Shown: one piece after another, positions 53,536-61,845 of the stretch
How positions within the stretch are numbered: the first letter of the stretch is position 1
Layout of the letters: each line of letters starts with the position of its first letter
DNA from: an uncultured bacterium
GTDB lineage: Bacteria; Acidobacteriota; HRBIN11; JAKEFK01
Length of the DNA: 64,000 nucleotides
NCBI GenBank assembly: GCA_963771165.1
Contig: CAVYSN010000021.1
Location: 8,502 to 72,501 of the forward strand
Direction of reading: 5' to 3'
The notes under the pieces: model-generated
Databases searched by the model: none
What the model was told of the DNA's origin: nothing
Seen by the model: the letters and a program-made list of their open reading frames with translations, nothing else
Translations under genes and position numbers: made by a program

Positions 53536-55207
53536 CCCGAGTCTCCGTCGCAAGCGGAAGATTGATTTCGACGCAACATCCCGGCGCAGGATTATTGTTG
53601 TGGATTGTGATGTTTCCTCCGTGCGTTTCGATAATGTGTTTTACGATACTCAATCCGAGACCGGTCCCTGATTTACGGGTCGTAAAAAAAGGCTCAAAGA
53701 TCTGGTCCAAACTCTCACCGGAAATTCCGGGCCCCAGATCCTGCACACAAACTTGTACCTGTTTCTTCTTGGGTTCCTGGATCACGATCCGAATTTCACT
53801 GTCCGGCGGGCTATGTTGTGAAGCGTTTTCAAGAAGATTCACGAATACCTGCTGCAGCTTTCCTCGATTTACACGAATATTGATATGGTTGCCGCTTGCT
53901 GGCTGAACCAGACGGACGGTTTGCGAGGAATGGGTCTGATACTGTTTCCAAAGTTCGATGGAACTTGCGCAAAGGATATTTAATGGCGTGGATCGCATTG
54001 TTGATGGGGGAATCGATTTTCCAATCTCAAGCAAATCGCGCATGAGCGAGGATAAACGGTTCACCTGCTTGCGGATGTGATCCAGATACTCGCTGTATTC
54101 AGCCTGGGCCTTGAAGTCCTGAAACATGGTTTCACTGATCGCCAGTATCGCATTCAAAGGATTTCGTACTTCATGCGCTACACCGGAGGCAATCTGACCC
54201 AACATTTTCATGGCCCTGGAATGCATTAATTCTTTTTCCATGGACCTTCGTTCCGTGATGTCTTTTGCTGTTGAAACATAATGCGTAATGTTCCCTTCTG
54301 CATCGCGGATCGGTGAGATTGTCTTCTCTTCATAGAACAGTTCTCCATTCTTCTTTCTATTCATGATTTCGGCGCGGAAGACCTTTCCTGCTGTGATTGT
54401 TTCCCACAGCGACAGGTAGAAAGCATCATCATGTTTGCCCGATTTCAGGATGGAAGGCTTTTGTCCCGCCGCTTCACTACTCAGAAAACCGGTCAATCTT
54501 TCAAATGCCGGATTCACGTATTCGATGATTCCATCTTTATTTGTGATCGTCACAAGATCATCCGTCTGTTCAACTGCTTGGGATAATTTCACCAGTGCAA
54601 GATTTTTGGCCTGTATGAACCCGCGGTAACGTGTGGAAATGATGATCAAAGCCGTGAATACGCAAACAAGAAAAAGGATGAACGGAACATTGATGCCGTT
54701 GATCATTTTTTGCCGGGCGTTGACTAGCGCGTCGATATTCCGCTTGTTTTCATCGCAGAGCTGAAGAATTTTTTGAAAAGTGGCGTCGTAAATTTGATCG
54801 CTCGGTGTACCGGGAGCACTGTCCGCGCGGTTTCGCCAGCGGATCTCTGTTTGTTGTTTCCAGACATTCAGTTCCTTCAGCAGCGTTTCGATGCCTTTTT
54901 GCATCTGCCGGTACAATCGCGGTTCCATTCGATGGATTCGACTTTGCTGTTCTTGCACCAGTCGGATTGCCCCATCGATATTGTCCATTACCTGCGCCTG
55001 AAGGTTGATCGTGGTGTCTCCCTCCACTGCCTCTTCAAACCAGAGATGGGCAGAACTCACCCTCACCTTCATGTCATTGCTGATTTGGATGAGCGGGATC
55101 AATTGCTTTACTGTGTTTGACATCAGATAAAGTGAGTAAGCCACAATACTGATGGCGAGGAGCCCCGCAATGGCAATCCCTGCTTCCATGCGGCTCAGGA
55201 ATCTCAT
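53510..55207 (-). CDS. sensor histidine kinase (2 TM with helical periplasmic domain - PAS - HisKA - HATPase_c)
   Basis: H-box SGVAHEVRNPLNAI, N-box FVNLLENASQH, G-boxes QDLGPGI and GTGLGLSIVK, PAS ITNKDGIIEYVNPAFERLTG. ATG at 55207 (55210 is GTG). Confidence 0.85.
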   Translation of the reverse strand: MRFLSRMEAGIAIAGLLAISIVAYSLYLMSNTVKQLIPLIQISNDMKVRVSSAHLWFEEAVEGDTTINLQAQVMDNIDGAIRLVQEQQSRIHRMEPRLYRQMQKGIETLLKELNVWKQQTEIRWRNRADSAPGTPSDQIYDATFQKILQLCDENKRNIDALVNARQKMINGINVPFILFLVCVFTALIIISTRYRGFIQAKNLALVKLSQAVEQTDDLVTITNKDGIIEYVNPAFERLTGFLSSEAAGQKPSILKSGKHDDAFYLSLWETITAGKVFRAEIMNRKKNGELFYEEKTISPIRDAEGNITHYVSTAKDITERRSMEKELMHSRAMKMLGQIASGVAHEVRNPLNAILAISETMFQDFKAQAEYSEYLDHIRKQVNRLSSLMRDLLEIGKSIPPSTMRSTPLNILCASSIELWKQYQTHSSQTVRLVQPASGNHINIRVNRGKLQQVFVNLLENASQHSPPDSEIRIVIQEPKKKQVQVCVQDLGPGISGESLDQIFEPFFTTRKSGTGLGLSIVKHIIETHGGNITIHNNNPAPGCCVEINLPLATETRDETTDTSY

Positions 55208-55609
55208 CACCGTACAGAGAGCAAGAACCGTTCCGATAAGTTATCGACGGGGATCGAGCGATTCTTCTATGACAGAATGGCGGAAAACCTTGAATGGACT
55301 TGTAATTTTGTCAGTACTCCCTAACGATCCCCTGATTCCTGGCTATTTCTATGATTTTGAAATGGAGCATCATGTTTTCGAAATCGAAAGTCAGTGCATA
55401 GGGGCGGGATTCTAGAATAGCGAAAAAGTAATCGAAATAAAGAGTGTAACAATCTTTCGGTTAAAAGAAATCACGTAATCGATGTGGTTCGTCCCGTCCG
55501 CTGGGCAAACCAGTCACTTGAATAGAAGGAAGCCATGATTTTTTTAATGGGATCGTTCGCTGGTTGTGCTGTGTGTCGAGTTGATTAAGCTCTTAAAGTA
55601 AAGATCAAT

Positions 55610-55631
55610 CTTTTGTCACAAATGACAAAAG
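55610..55631. promoter_or_regulatory. perfect palindrome CTTTTGTCA-N4-TGACAAAAG, candidate enhancer-binding site
   Basis: The 9-bp arms are exact reverse complements. The site lies ~220 bp upstream of the sigma54 promoter at 55840, in the HK/RR-adh divergent region. A related TGACA-N4-TGACA sits at 51821-51834, next to the 51806 promoter. Confidence 0.45.
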
Positions 55632-55839
55632 AACCCAAAGCACAACGATTATAGATACAACTACCAAAACGATTAAAGTTGTCGTTGACATGTGTTGGGA
55701 TTTTATCACGAGTAAATATGCCGATGCTTACTTGTAGCGCCACTTTGTCGCTAGCATCATCGTCTCCATGCGGGGGCAGTTGTTCCCGCATTTCGCTTGA
55801 ACACAATAACTTAATGCTGGGATTGTGACCCAATTGGTT

Positions 55840-55855
55840 TGGCAGCGGATTTGCT
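55840..55855 (+). promoter_or_regulatory. sigma54 promoter TGGCAG-N5-TTGCT
   Basis: TGGCAGCGGATTTGCT has exact GG-N10-GC spacing. RBS GGAGGA (55868-55873) and ATG 55880 follow 25 nt downstream. Confidence 0.7.
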
Positions 55856-55879
55856 GTTTTATAGAACGGAGGAAGAATT

Positions 55880-56944
55880 ATGGAAAAGATGATGGCAACA
55901 GTATTCCGGGGAGTCAATGATCTTCGGGTGGAGGAAGTTCCGCGACCGCACGCTGGATTTGGCGAAGCCGTGATTCAGGTGTCTTTAACGACGATATGTG
56001 GAACCGACGTGCACATCATGCGCGGCGAATATCCGGTTCAACCGGGATTGATCATCGGCCATGAAGCTGTGGGTGTGGTGGATGAACTTGGGCCGGGAGT
56101 CACCGGATACAAAGTTGGAGATCGTGTCCTGGTGGGCGCAATCACTCCATGCGGTCAGTGTCGAGCCTGTCTATCAGGCCACCTTTCTCAGTGTGGCCAT
56201 GGCGGTGATTATGAAGCCCTTGGAGGATGGCGTTTCGGAAACACGATCAATGGAGCACAGGCTCAATACCTCCTGGTTCCGAATGCCCAGGCGAATCTCG
56301 CGAAAGTGCCGCCGAAAGTTACCAACGAACAAGCCGTTTTACTTGCAGATATTGCATCCACCGGATTCAGCGGCGCAGAGTCGGCGAATATAAAGATTGG
56401 TGACTCCGTTGTTGTCTTTGCGCAAGGGCCCATTGGACTCTGCGCAACTGTCGGAGCAAAGCTCTCAGGCGCTTCCCTCATTATTGCTGTGGATGGCGAT
56501 GAAAACCGGTTGGCTATTTCGAAGAAACTGGGAGCGGATATCACTCTGGATTACAGGCATTCCGATGTCGTAGCAGAAGTGAAACATTTGACTGAAGGAG
56601 GAGCCGATGCCGCTATCGAAGCGCTGGGTACGCAACAAACTTTCGAAAGCGCACTGAGATGCTTGCGCCCGGGCGGAATACTTTCGAGTCTCGGTGTTTA
56701 CTCCGGAAAACTGGAACTCCCGTATCAAGCATTCGCCGCCGGTCTTGGGGACCATCGCATCGTCACCACTTTGTGCCCTGGTGGCAAAGAAAGGATGAGA
56801 CGATTGTTGAGCATCGTTGAATCGGGACGTTTTGATCCCTCTCTCTTGATGACTCACAGTTTTCCATTAAGCCGGATCAATGATGCTTACAAGCTTTTTA
56901 GCGAACGTTTGGACGGCGTTCTGAAAATTGCGATCCGGCCGTGA
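55880..56944 (+). CDS. adh: zinc-dependent NAD(P) alcohol dehydrogenase (MDR family)
   Basis: CGTDVH, GHEAVGVV, structural-zinc CGQCRACLSGHLSQC and the GPIGL Rossmann fold. Confidence 0.9.
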   Translation: MEKMMATVFRGVNDLRVEEVPRPHAGFGEAVIQVSLTTICGTDVHIMRGEYPVQPGLIIGHEAVGVVDELGPGVTGYKVGDRVLVGAITPCGQCRACLSGHLSQCGHGGDYEALGGWRFGNTINGAQAQYLLVPNAQANLAKVPPKVTNEQAVLLADIASTGFSGAESANIKIGDSVVVFAQGPIGLCATVGAKLSGASLIIAVDGDENRLAISKKLGADITLDYRHSDVVAEVKHLTEGGADAAIEALGTQQTFESALRCLRPGGILSSLGVYSGKLELPYQAFAAGLGDHRIVTTLCPGGKERMRRLLSIVESGRFDPSLLMTHSFPLSRINDAYKLFSERLDGVLKIAIRP

Positions 56945-57774
56945 ACCGTAGACCGGGCAAATGGATCATTTTGATTGCGGGTTGCGTGGCCATCAGCCTT
57001 GTAGGCTACGTGGATTCGATCACCGCGCAGAAGTATTCTCTCTACATATTTTATGCTGTTCCTATTTTTTTGGGAGCCTGGTTCGCAGGTCCTGCGGCAG
57101 GGATCCTTTTCAGTTCCCTCTCCGTGTTCATGTGGATGGTGGTTGAATTTCCCCTGAGTCCATGGGAGCCTCTCACAATTTTGTGGAATGCCGGATTGAG
57201 GCTTTGCTTCTTTATCGGAATATCAACGGTTATTTCTTCACTGAAGGCCACTCTGGAGCGCGAGAAGGCCTCGGCCGGAATTGATTTTTTAACAGAGCTT
57301 CCAAACCGGCGGACGTTTTTCGCCGTTGCAAATCAGGAGCGTGATAGCGCCATAAGGCACAGACGCCCGCTCACTCTGGCTTACATTGATCTGGACGATT
57401 TTAAGGAAATGAATGATCGCTCAGGTCACGACGTTGGAGATATCCTTTTAAAGGAAGTTGGCTTAGTGCTGAAAGAAAATGTGCGGAGCTCCGATTGCGT
57501 TGCGCGCATTGGAGGTGATGAGTTTGTCGTTTTGTTTCCGGAGACGAATTTTGAATCGGGTCAGACAGCTATTCGCAAACTGGTGGATGCCTGGAAGGTA
57601 CGAATGCTGGCTAAACATTGGAACATTTCGGTGAGCGTTGGAGCCGTCACCTACACGGATCGGATTCCGGACATCATGGAGATGGTGTCCGAAGCAGATC
57701 GATTCATGTACGAAGCAAAAGCTTCAGGCAAAAACAGAATCTTGCATGAGCAGGTCGCTCTGTCAGGTTCCTAG
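56941..57774 (+). CDS. membrane diguanylate cyclase (GGDEF with RxxD I-site)
   Basis: 4-5 N-terminal TM helices. RSSDCVARIGGDEFVVLF carries the RxxD I-site 5 residues before GGDEF. The GTG start overlaps the adh stop (GTGA). Confidence 0.85.
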   Translation: MNRRPGKWIILIAGCVAISLVGYVDSITAQKYSLYIFYAVPIFLGAWFAGPAAGILFSSLSVFMWMVVEFPLSPWEPLTILWNAGLRLCFFIGISTVISSLKATLEREKASAGIDFLTELPNRRTFFAVANQERDSAIRHRRPLTLAYIDLDDFKEMNDRSGHDVGDILLKEVGLVLKENVRSSDCVARIGGDEFVVLFPETNFESGQTAIRKLVDAWKVRMLAKHWNISVSVGAVTYTDRIPDIMEMVSEADRFMYEAKASGKNRILHEQVALSGS

Positions 57775-57838
57775 ACAAAGTGTCAGCCTGTTTTGCATGT
57801 CTCCTGAGTACAGGCTCTCACACATTGTTCCCTCCTTC

Positions 57839-57854
57839 TGGTATGCGCTTTGCT
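57839..57854 (+). promoter_or_regulatory. candidate sigma54 promoter TGGTAT-N5-TTGCT
   Basis: TGGTATGCGCTTTGCT has exact GG-N10-GC spacing and two pyrimidine substitutions in the -24 box. It lies 29 nt upstream of ATG 57883. Confidence 0.5.
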
Positions 57855-57882
57855 CTCTTGGAAGTCTGGAGGAAACCATTCG

Positions 57883-58788
57883 ATGAGAGCCTTCAAGAAA
57901 ATTCTTTGCCCGGTGGATTTTTCGGAATATTCAAAACTGGCATTACGTTACGCTGTTGCGCTTGCGGAAGAAAACGAAGCGCCGCTGGTGATCTGTCACT
58001 CGATTCCTGATTTTTCACAAACGGTCAGCTACTTGCAGGGGAATTACATCGAGACGGTTCACGAAGCTCTGATTTCCAATGCCAAAGAAAAACTGGATAG
58101 CTTCGTTGGGAGCACACAACCTCTGCAAACCATAAGAATCATTGAACAGGGGAGTCCCTCTGAAGTCATTTTACAAACCGCCAGAAGGACAGCCTGTGAT
58201 TTGATTGTGATGGGAACGCACGGTCTTTCGGGCCATGAGAGATTTTTTACCGGATCTGTGACGAACAAGGTGTTGCACAAAGCGACGATCCCTGTCCTTA
58301 CAGTGTGCCGTCCAACGCATCATTTCATTCGAGAGAATGAATTGCGCCCGGTGGAAATCAAGAAAGTTCTGTGCGCGTTGGATTATGACTTGAATAGCCG
58401 AAACGTCGCTAAAATTGCGCTTGTCATCGGCCGGATGTATCAAGCGGAAGTGACCTTCTTTCACAGCGTCCCCAAAGTTCATCCAAAAGAATGGCAGGAA
58501 CAGGAAGAGTGGGTAACAAACAAGCTGAAAGAGTTTGTGGATCCGACACACGAAGACTGGTGCTCCGTAAAGTTTCAAGTTGGTTGCGGGTCCGCTGCGG
58601 AAGAGATTCTCAAGATCGTTGAGGCAGGAGAAACGGACCTGGTAGTGGTGGGCCATCATTCGAGAAAGGCAATCGAAGAAGTGTTCTTGGGAAGTGTTGC
58701 GAAAAAGGTGGTTACGGACTCGCTTTGTCCAGTACTCGTGACCAGATCCAGAGACAATATCGGCGCTAAGGAATTAACTCTTATTTGA
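57883..58788 (+). CDS. tandem universal stress protein (two UspA domains)
   Basis: The repeated pattern KKILCPVDFSEYS..LIVMGTHG..GSVTNKV recurs as KKVLCALDYD..LVVVGHHS..GSVAKKV. ATG 57883 sits behind GGAGGA. Confidence 0.85.
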   Translation: MRAFKKILCPVDFSEYSKLALRYAVALAEENEAPLVICHSIPDFSQTVSYLQGNYIETVHEALISNAKEKLDSFVGSTQPLQTIRIIEQGSPSEVILQTARRTACDLIVMGTHGLSGHERFFTGSVTNKVLHKATIPVLTVCRPTHHFIRENELRPVEIKKVLCALDYDLNSRNVAKIALVIGRMYQAEVTFFHSVPKVHPKEWQEQEEWVTNKLKEFVDPTHEDWCSVKFQVGCGSAAEEILKIVEAGETDLVVVGHHSRKAIEEVFLGSVAKKVVTDSLCPVLVTRSRDNIGAKELTLI

Positions 58789-58812
58789 TACGCGATTGAA
58801 CGGAGGAATGCC

Positions 58813-59790
58813 ATGTTTAAGAAAATACTGGTAGCAACGGATTTTTCAAAATCATCCCGGGCTGCGCTTGCTGCAGCGATCAGCGTTGCGGAGCGTGGAG
58901 CGAGTAGAGTCGAAGCGATACATGTCTCTGCCTATGGAGAATATCCGTATAATGATTCTCCTTTTGTTGTGCCGACCTCCAGCTTGCAGGCTGATCTGTA
59001 CGGAAGACTGGAAGATTTCTTTCCGATCCGGCGTTATCCGAATAGCGATCGTCACTTGATTCTTGGCGCATCCGTATCCGATGAAATACAGAGTTATGCG
59101 CGCCAAAATTCTTTCGACCTGATCGTCATAGGAAGCCATGGCAGAGGGGCTGTTGGCCGGCTGGTATTAGGAAGCGTTGCGCAAAGGGTCGCTCGTAACT
59201 CTCAAATTCCGGTCATGGTCGTTCGGGATTTCGAGCATGCGGATGAAAAGTATCATGCGTTCGACCGAATTCTGACACCCACAGATTTTTCCAAGTCAAG
59301 CTACGGGGCTTTGACACTGGGCATCGAATTCGCAAATTTCTTGAAAGCTGATTTTCACTATATTCATGCGATTGATCTGCCAACGATGACCGATATAACA
59401 GGAGCTTATCCATTTTTGCAAGTCACCATACCTCCGGTCGTTGGGATGGATGTGAATCCAACTCTTCAAAAAGATCTGGAAAACAAGTATTTTGTGGGGA
59501 ACCCTAAAGTAGCCACAGTAATCGGCGACCCGGTCCGTGAAATCCTCAAATATTCCGAAGAGCATCACATAAACTTTATCGTGATGGGGACCCATGGCCG
59601 CCGGGGCGTCGAACGTGTTTTGATGGGCAGTGTTGCTGCAGGCGTGATTGCGAGGAGTAAAGTTCCTGTCATTACCGTTTCCACCGCTCCGCTGGTCTCT
59701 CAGCAAAGCGAGAATCTCAGCGCCGGTGAGGTCATCAAAAACGCATCCCAGAATCGACACGATGAGGCCTCGGACCAGAAGAACGCTTGA
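58813..59790 (+). CDS. tandem universal stress protein (two UspA domains)
   Basis: KKILVATDFSKSS..LIVIGSHGRG..GSVAQRV recurs as RILTPTDFSKSS..FIVMGTHGRRG..GSVAAGV. Confidence 0.85.
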   Translation: MFKKILVATDFSKSSRAALAAAISVAERGASRVEAIHVSAYGEYPYNDSPFVVPTSSLQADLYGRLEDFFPIRRYPNSDRHLILGASVSDEIQSYARQNSFDLIVIGSHGRGAVGRLVLGSVAQRVARNSQIPVMVVRDFEHADEKYHAFDRILTPTDFSKSSYGALTLGIEFANFLKADFHYIHAIDLPTMTDITGAYPFLQVTIPPVVGMDVNPTLQKDLENKYFVGNPKVATVIGDPVREILKYSEEHHINFIVMGTHGRRGVERVLMGSVAAGVIARSKVPVITVSTAPLVSQQSENLSAGEVIKNASQNRHDEASDQKNA

Positions 59791-59827
59791 GATTGGTTCA
59801 TCCCTCCGCTAACCTATTCCTTTGAAA

Positions 59828-59856
59828 GTAGGGGCCGGTTTCAAACCGGCCCCTAC
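59828..59856. repeat. REP-like perfect palindromic hairpin GTAGGGGCCGGTTTCAAACCGGCCCCTAC
   Basis: A 13-bp perfect stem with a 3-nt loop lies 38 nt after the USP stop and 43 nt before the nrfH ATG. Confidence 0.7.
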
Positions 59857-59898
59857 AAGAGCATCCTTGGTTACAAAACGAGCGAATTCGATCTTTGG

Positions 59899-60363
59899 AT
59901 GATATCCAGAATTTTCAAATCATTTGATTTCGTAACACTATTGTTGTCTATTGCAATCGGCGGAGCAGCGGGCCTCGGGGCATACACTTTTTTGTATGCC
60001 AAGGGAGCTTCTTACTTAACCAATAACTCTGCAGCGTGCGCAAATTGTCACGTAATGAATGAGCAGTATGATGGTTGGATCAAATCCAGTCATCGTGCCG
60101 TCGCCGGTTGCAACGATTGTCACACGCCGCATAGCCTGATTCCGAAATACATGACAAAGGCGACCAACGGCTTCTGGCATTCTTTTCGATTTACAACCGG
60201 ACGTTTTCATGAGCCGATCCGGATTAATGATCGAAATCGAAAAATTACGGAAGGTGCATGCCGGGGTTGTCATCAAGAAATCGTTCAAGCCATCGAGGGT
60301 GCGAATCAATCCATGGGGAAAACTTCTTGTATATGGTGTCATTCGACGGTGGGACATTTGTAG
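59899..60363 (+). CDS. nrfH: NrfH, membrane tetraheme cytochrome c quinol dehydrogenase (NapC/NirT family)
   Basis: N-terminal TM helix and four CxxCH sites (CANCH, CNDCH, CRGCH, CIWCH) in 154 aa. Confidence 0.9.
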   Translation: MISRIFKSFDFVTLLLSIAIGGAAGLGAYTFLYAKGASYLTNNSAACANCHVMNEQYDGWIKSSHRAVAGCNDCHTPHSLIPKYMTKATNGFWHSFRFTTGRFHEPIRINDRNRKITEGACRGCHQEIVQAIEGANQSMGKTSCIWCHSTVGHL

Positions 60364-60375
60364 GGTGAATCACTT

Positions 60376-61734
60376 ATGACCAAAACTGGAAGCAGGTTGT
60401 TAATTGCAGCCATTGCCGCAACTGCAGTTGCAGGGGGCGCGGCGCTGCTCGTTAACATAATGGAAAGGAAACAGGAAGCCAGAAATCCTTTCTATCGAGT
60501 GGTGGAATTGGATGACAATACGGAAGATCCGGCTATATGGGGCAAGAATTTTCCATTGCAGTATGACGGCTACAAGCGAACCGTCGATCAAGTGCGAACT
60601 CGATTTGGCGGCAGTGAAGCGGTGCCACGCACTCCGAGCCAGGCTGATCCGCGTTCGGTTGTTGCTCAGTCGAGATTGGAAGATGATCCGCGACTGAAGA
60701 CGATGTGGGCCGGTTACGCGTTTGCGAAAGATTTTCGCGAAGAGCGTGGCCACGCGTACATGTTGCTCGATCAGACGTATACGGAACGGCAGATCGTAGC
60801 AAAGCAACCCGGCACATGTTTGCATTGTCATGCTTCTGTTTATCTACCGTACAAAAAAGCCGGGAATAATGATCTTTTCGCCGGCTTCGAAAAAATAAAC
60901 TCGATGCAGTATTCCGACGCGCGAAAACTCGTGTCCCACCCTGTTTCCTGCATCGATTGTCACGATCCGGAATCCATGGCTTTGCGCGTGACAAGGCCTG
61001 GCTTTTTGGAAGGCATCCGTGTTTGGAAGACTTCGCAGGGAATTGAAAACTACGATGTGAACAAGATGGCCACTCGTCAGGAGATGCGAAGTTACGTTTG
61101 CGGTCAGTGCCATGTCGAGTATTACTTTAAAGGAAAAGAGAAACGCCTGGTTTATCCGTGGCACAAAGGAATCAAGGTGGACGAGATTTATTCGTACTAT
61201 GAAGAAGAAAAATTTCGCGATTGGATCCATGCCGAAACGGGAGCTGAAACTTTGAAAGCACAGCACCCGGAGTTTGAACTGTGGAATCAGGGAATTCATT
61301 CCCGTTCCGGAGTAGCTTGTGCGGATTGTCACATGCCCTATACCCGAGTCGGTGCGTTGAAAATTAGCGATCATCACGTGCGCAGCCCGGTTTTGAATAT
61401 CAATCGCGCCTGCCAGACCTGTCATCGCTGGTCGGAGGAAGAATTAAAGGCGCGCGTTGAAACAATTCAGGAGCGCGTTTTTGGTCTTCGCAATCTCGCC
61501 ATGGATGCCCTGATTGAATTGATTCAGGACATCAAAACGGCAAAGAGTCTTGGTAGAACGGATGAGCAACTGAATGCAGCACGCGGCTACCAGAGAAGAG
61601 CACAGTTCTATCTTGATTTTGTTGAAGCGGAAAATTCAACGGGTTTTCATGCACCGCAAGAAGCAGAACGTATTCTTGCCGAATCGATTAACTTTTCGCG
61701 AAAAGGCCAGGTCTCTCTTCGACCGCTGCAATAA
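60376..61734 (+). CDS. nrfA: NrfA, pentaheme ammonia-forming cytochrome c nitrite reductase (CxxCH variant of the catalytic heme site)
   Basis: Five heme sites: CLHCH, CIDCH, CGQCH, CADCH and CQTCH. The NrfA-typical block WAGYAFAKDFREERGHAYMLLD precedes heme 1. The first site is CxxCH rather than CxxCK. Confidence 0.9.
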   Translation: MTKTGSRLLIAAIAATAVAGGAALLVNIMERKQEARNPFYRVVELDDNTEDPAIWGKNFPLQYDGYKRTVDQVRTRFGGSEAVPRTPSQADPRSVVAQSRLEDDPRLKTMWAGYAFAKDFREERGHAYMLLDQTYTERQIVAKQPGTCLHCHASVYLPYKKAGNNDLFAGFEKINSMQYSDARKLVSHPVSCIDCHDPESMALRVTRPGFLEGIRVWKTSQGIENYDVNKMATRQEMRSYVCGQCHVEYYFKGKEKRLVYPWHKGIKVDEIYSYYEEEKFRDWIHAETGAETLKAQHPEFELWNQGIHSRSGVACADCHMPYTRVGALKISDHHVRSPVLNINRACQTCHRWSEEELKARVETIQERVFGLRNLAMDALIELIQDIKTAKSLGRTDEQLNAARGYQRRAQFYLDFVEAENSTGFHAPQEAERILAESINFSRKGQVSLRPLQ

Positions 61735-61750
61735 AGCCCGGATAAAACTT

Positions 61751-61823
61751 GTAGTGGCGGGTCTGAGACCCGCCATTGCGGCACGGAAGAGAGCCCTGGG
61801 CGGGCCTCAGACCCGCCCCCTAC
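61751..61823. repeat. two REP-like GC hairpins in tandem after nrfA
   Basis: GTAGTGGCGGGTCTGAGACCCGCCATTGC (61751-61779) and GGGCGGGCCTCAGACCCGCCCCCTAC (61798-61823). Confidence 0.65.
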
Positions 61824-61845
61824 AGTAGTTAAATGCATTGAAATC

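Noticed and set aside
55220-55235. CGGAAC-N5-TTGCT (minus strand) just upstream of the histidine kinase start as a sixth sigma54 promoter
   Set aside because: GG-N10-GC spacing is present, but the -24 box has two mismatches. The -12 box is only ~10 nt from the start codon, leaving no room for a TSS and RBS.
55535-55588. 17-codon ORF MIFLMGSFAGCAVCRVD with AGGAAG upstream in the HK-adh intergenic region
   Set aside because: It is too short to evaluate without conservation data and could be chance. The region is better explained as an enhancer/promoter spacer for the divergent sigma54 promoter.
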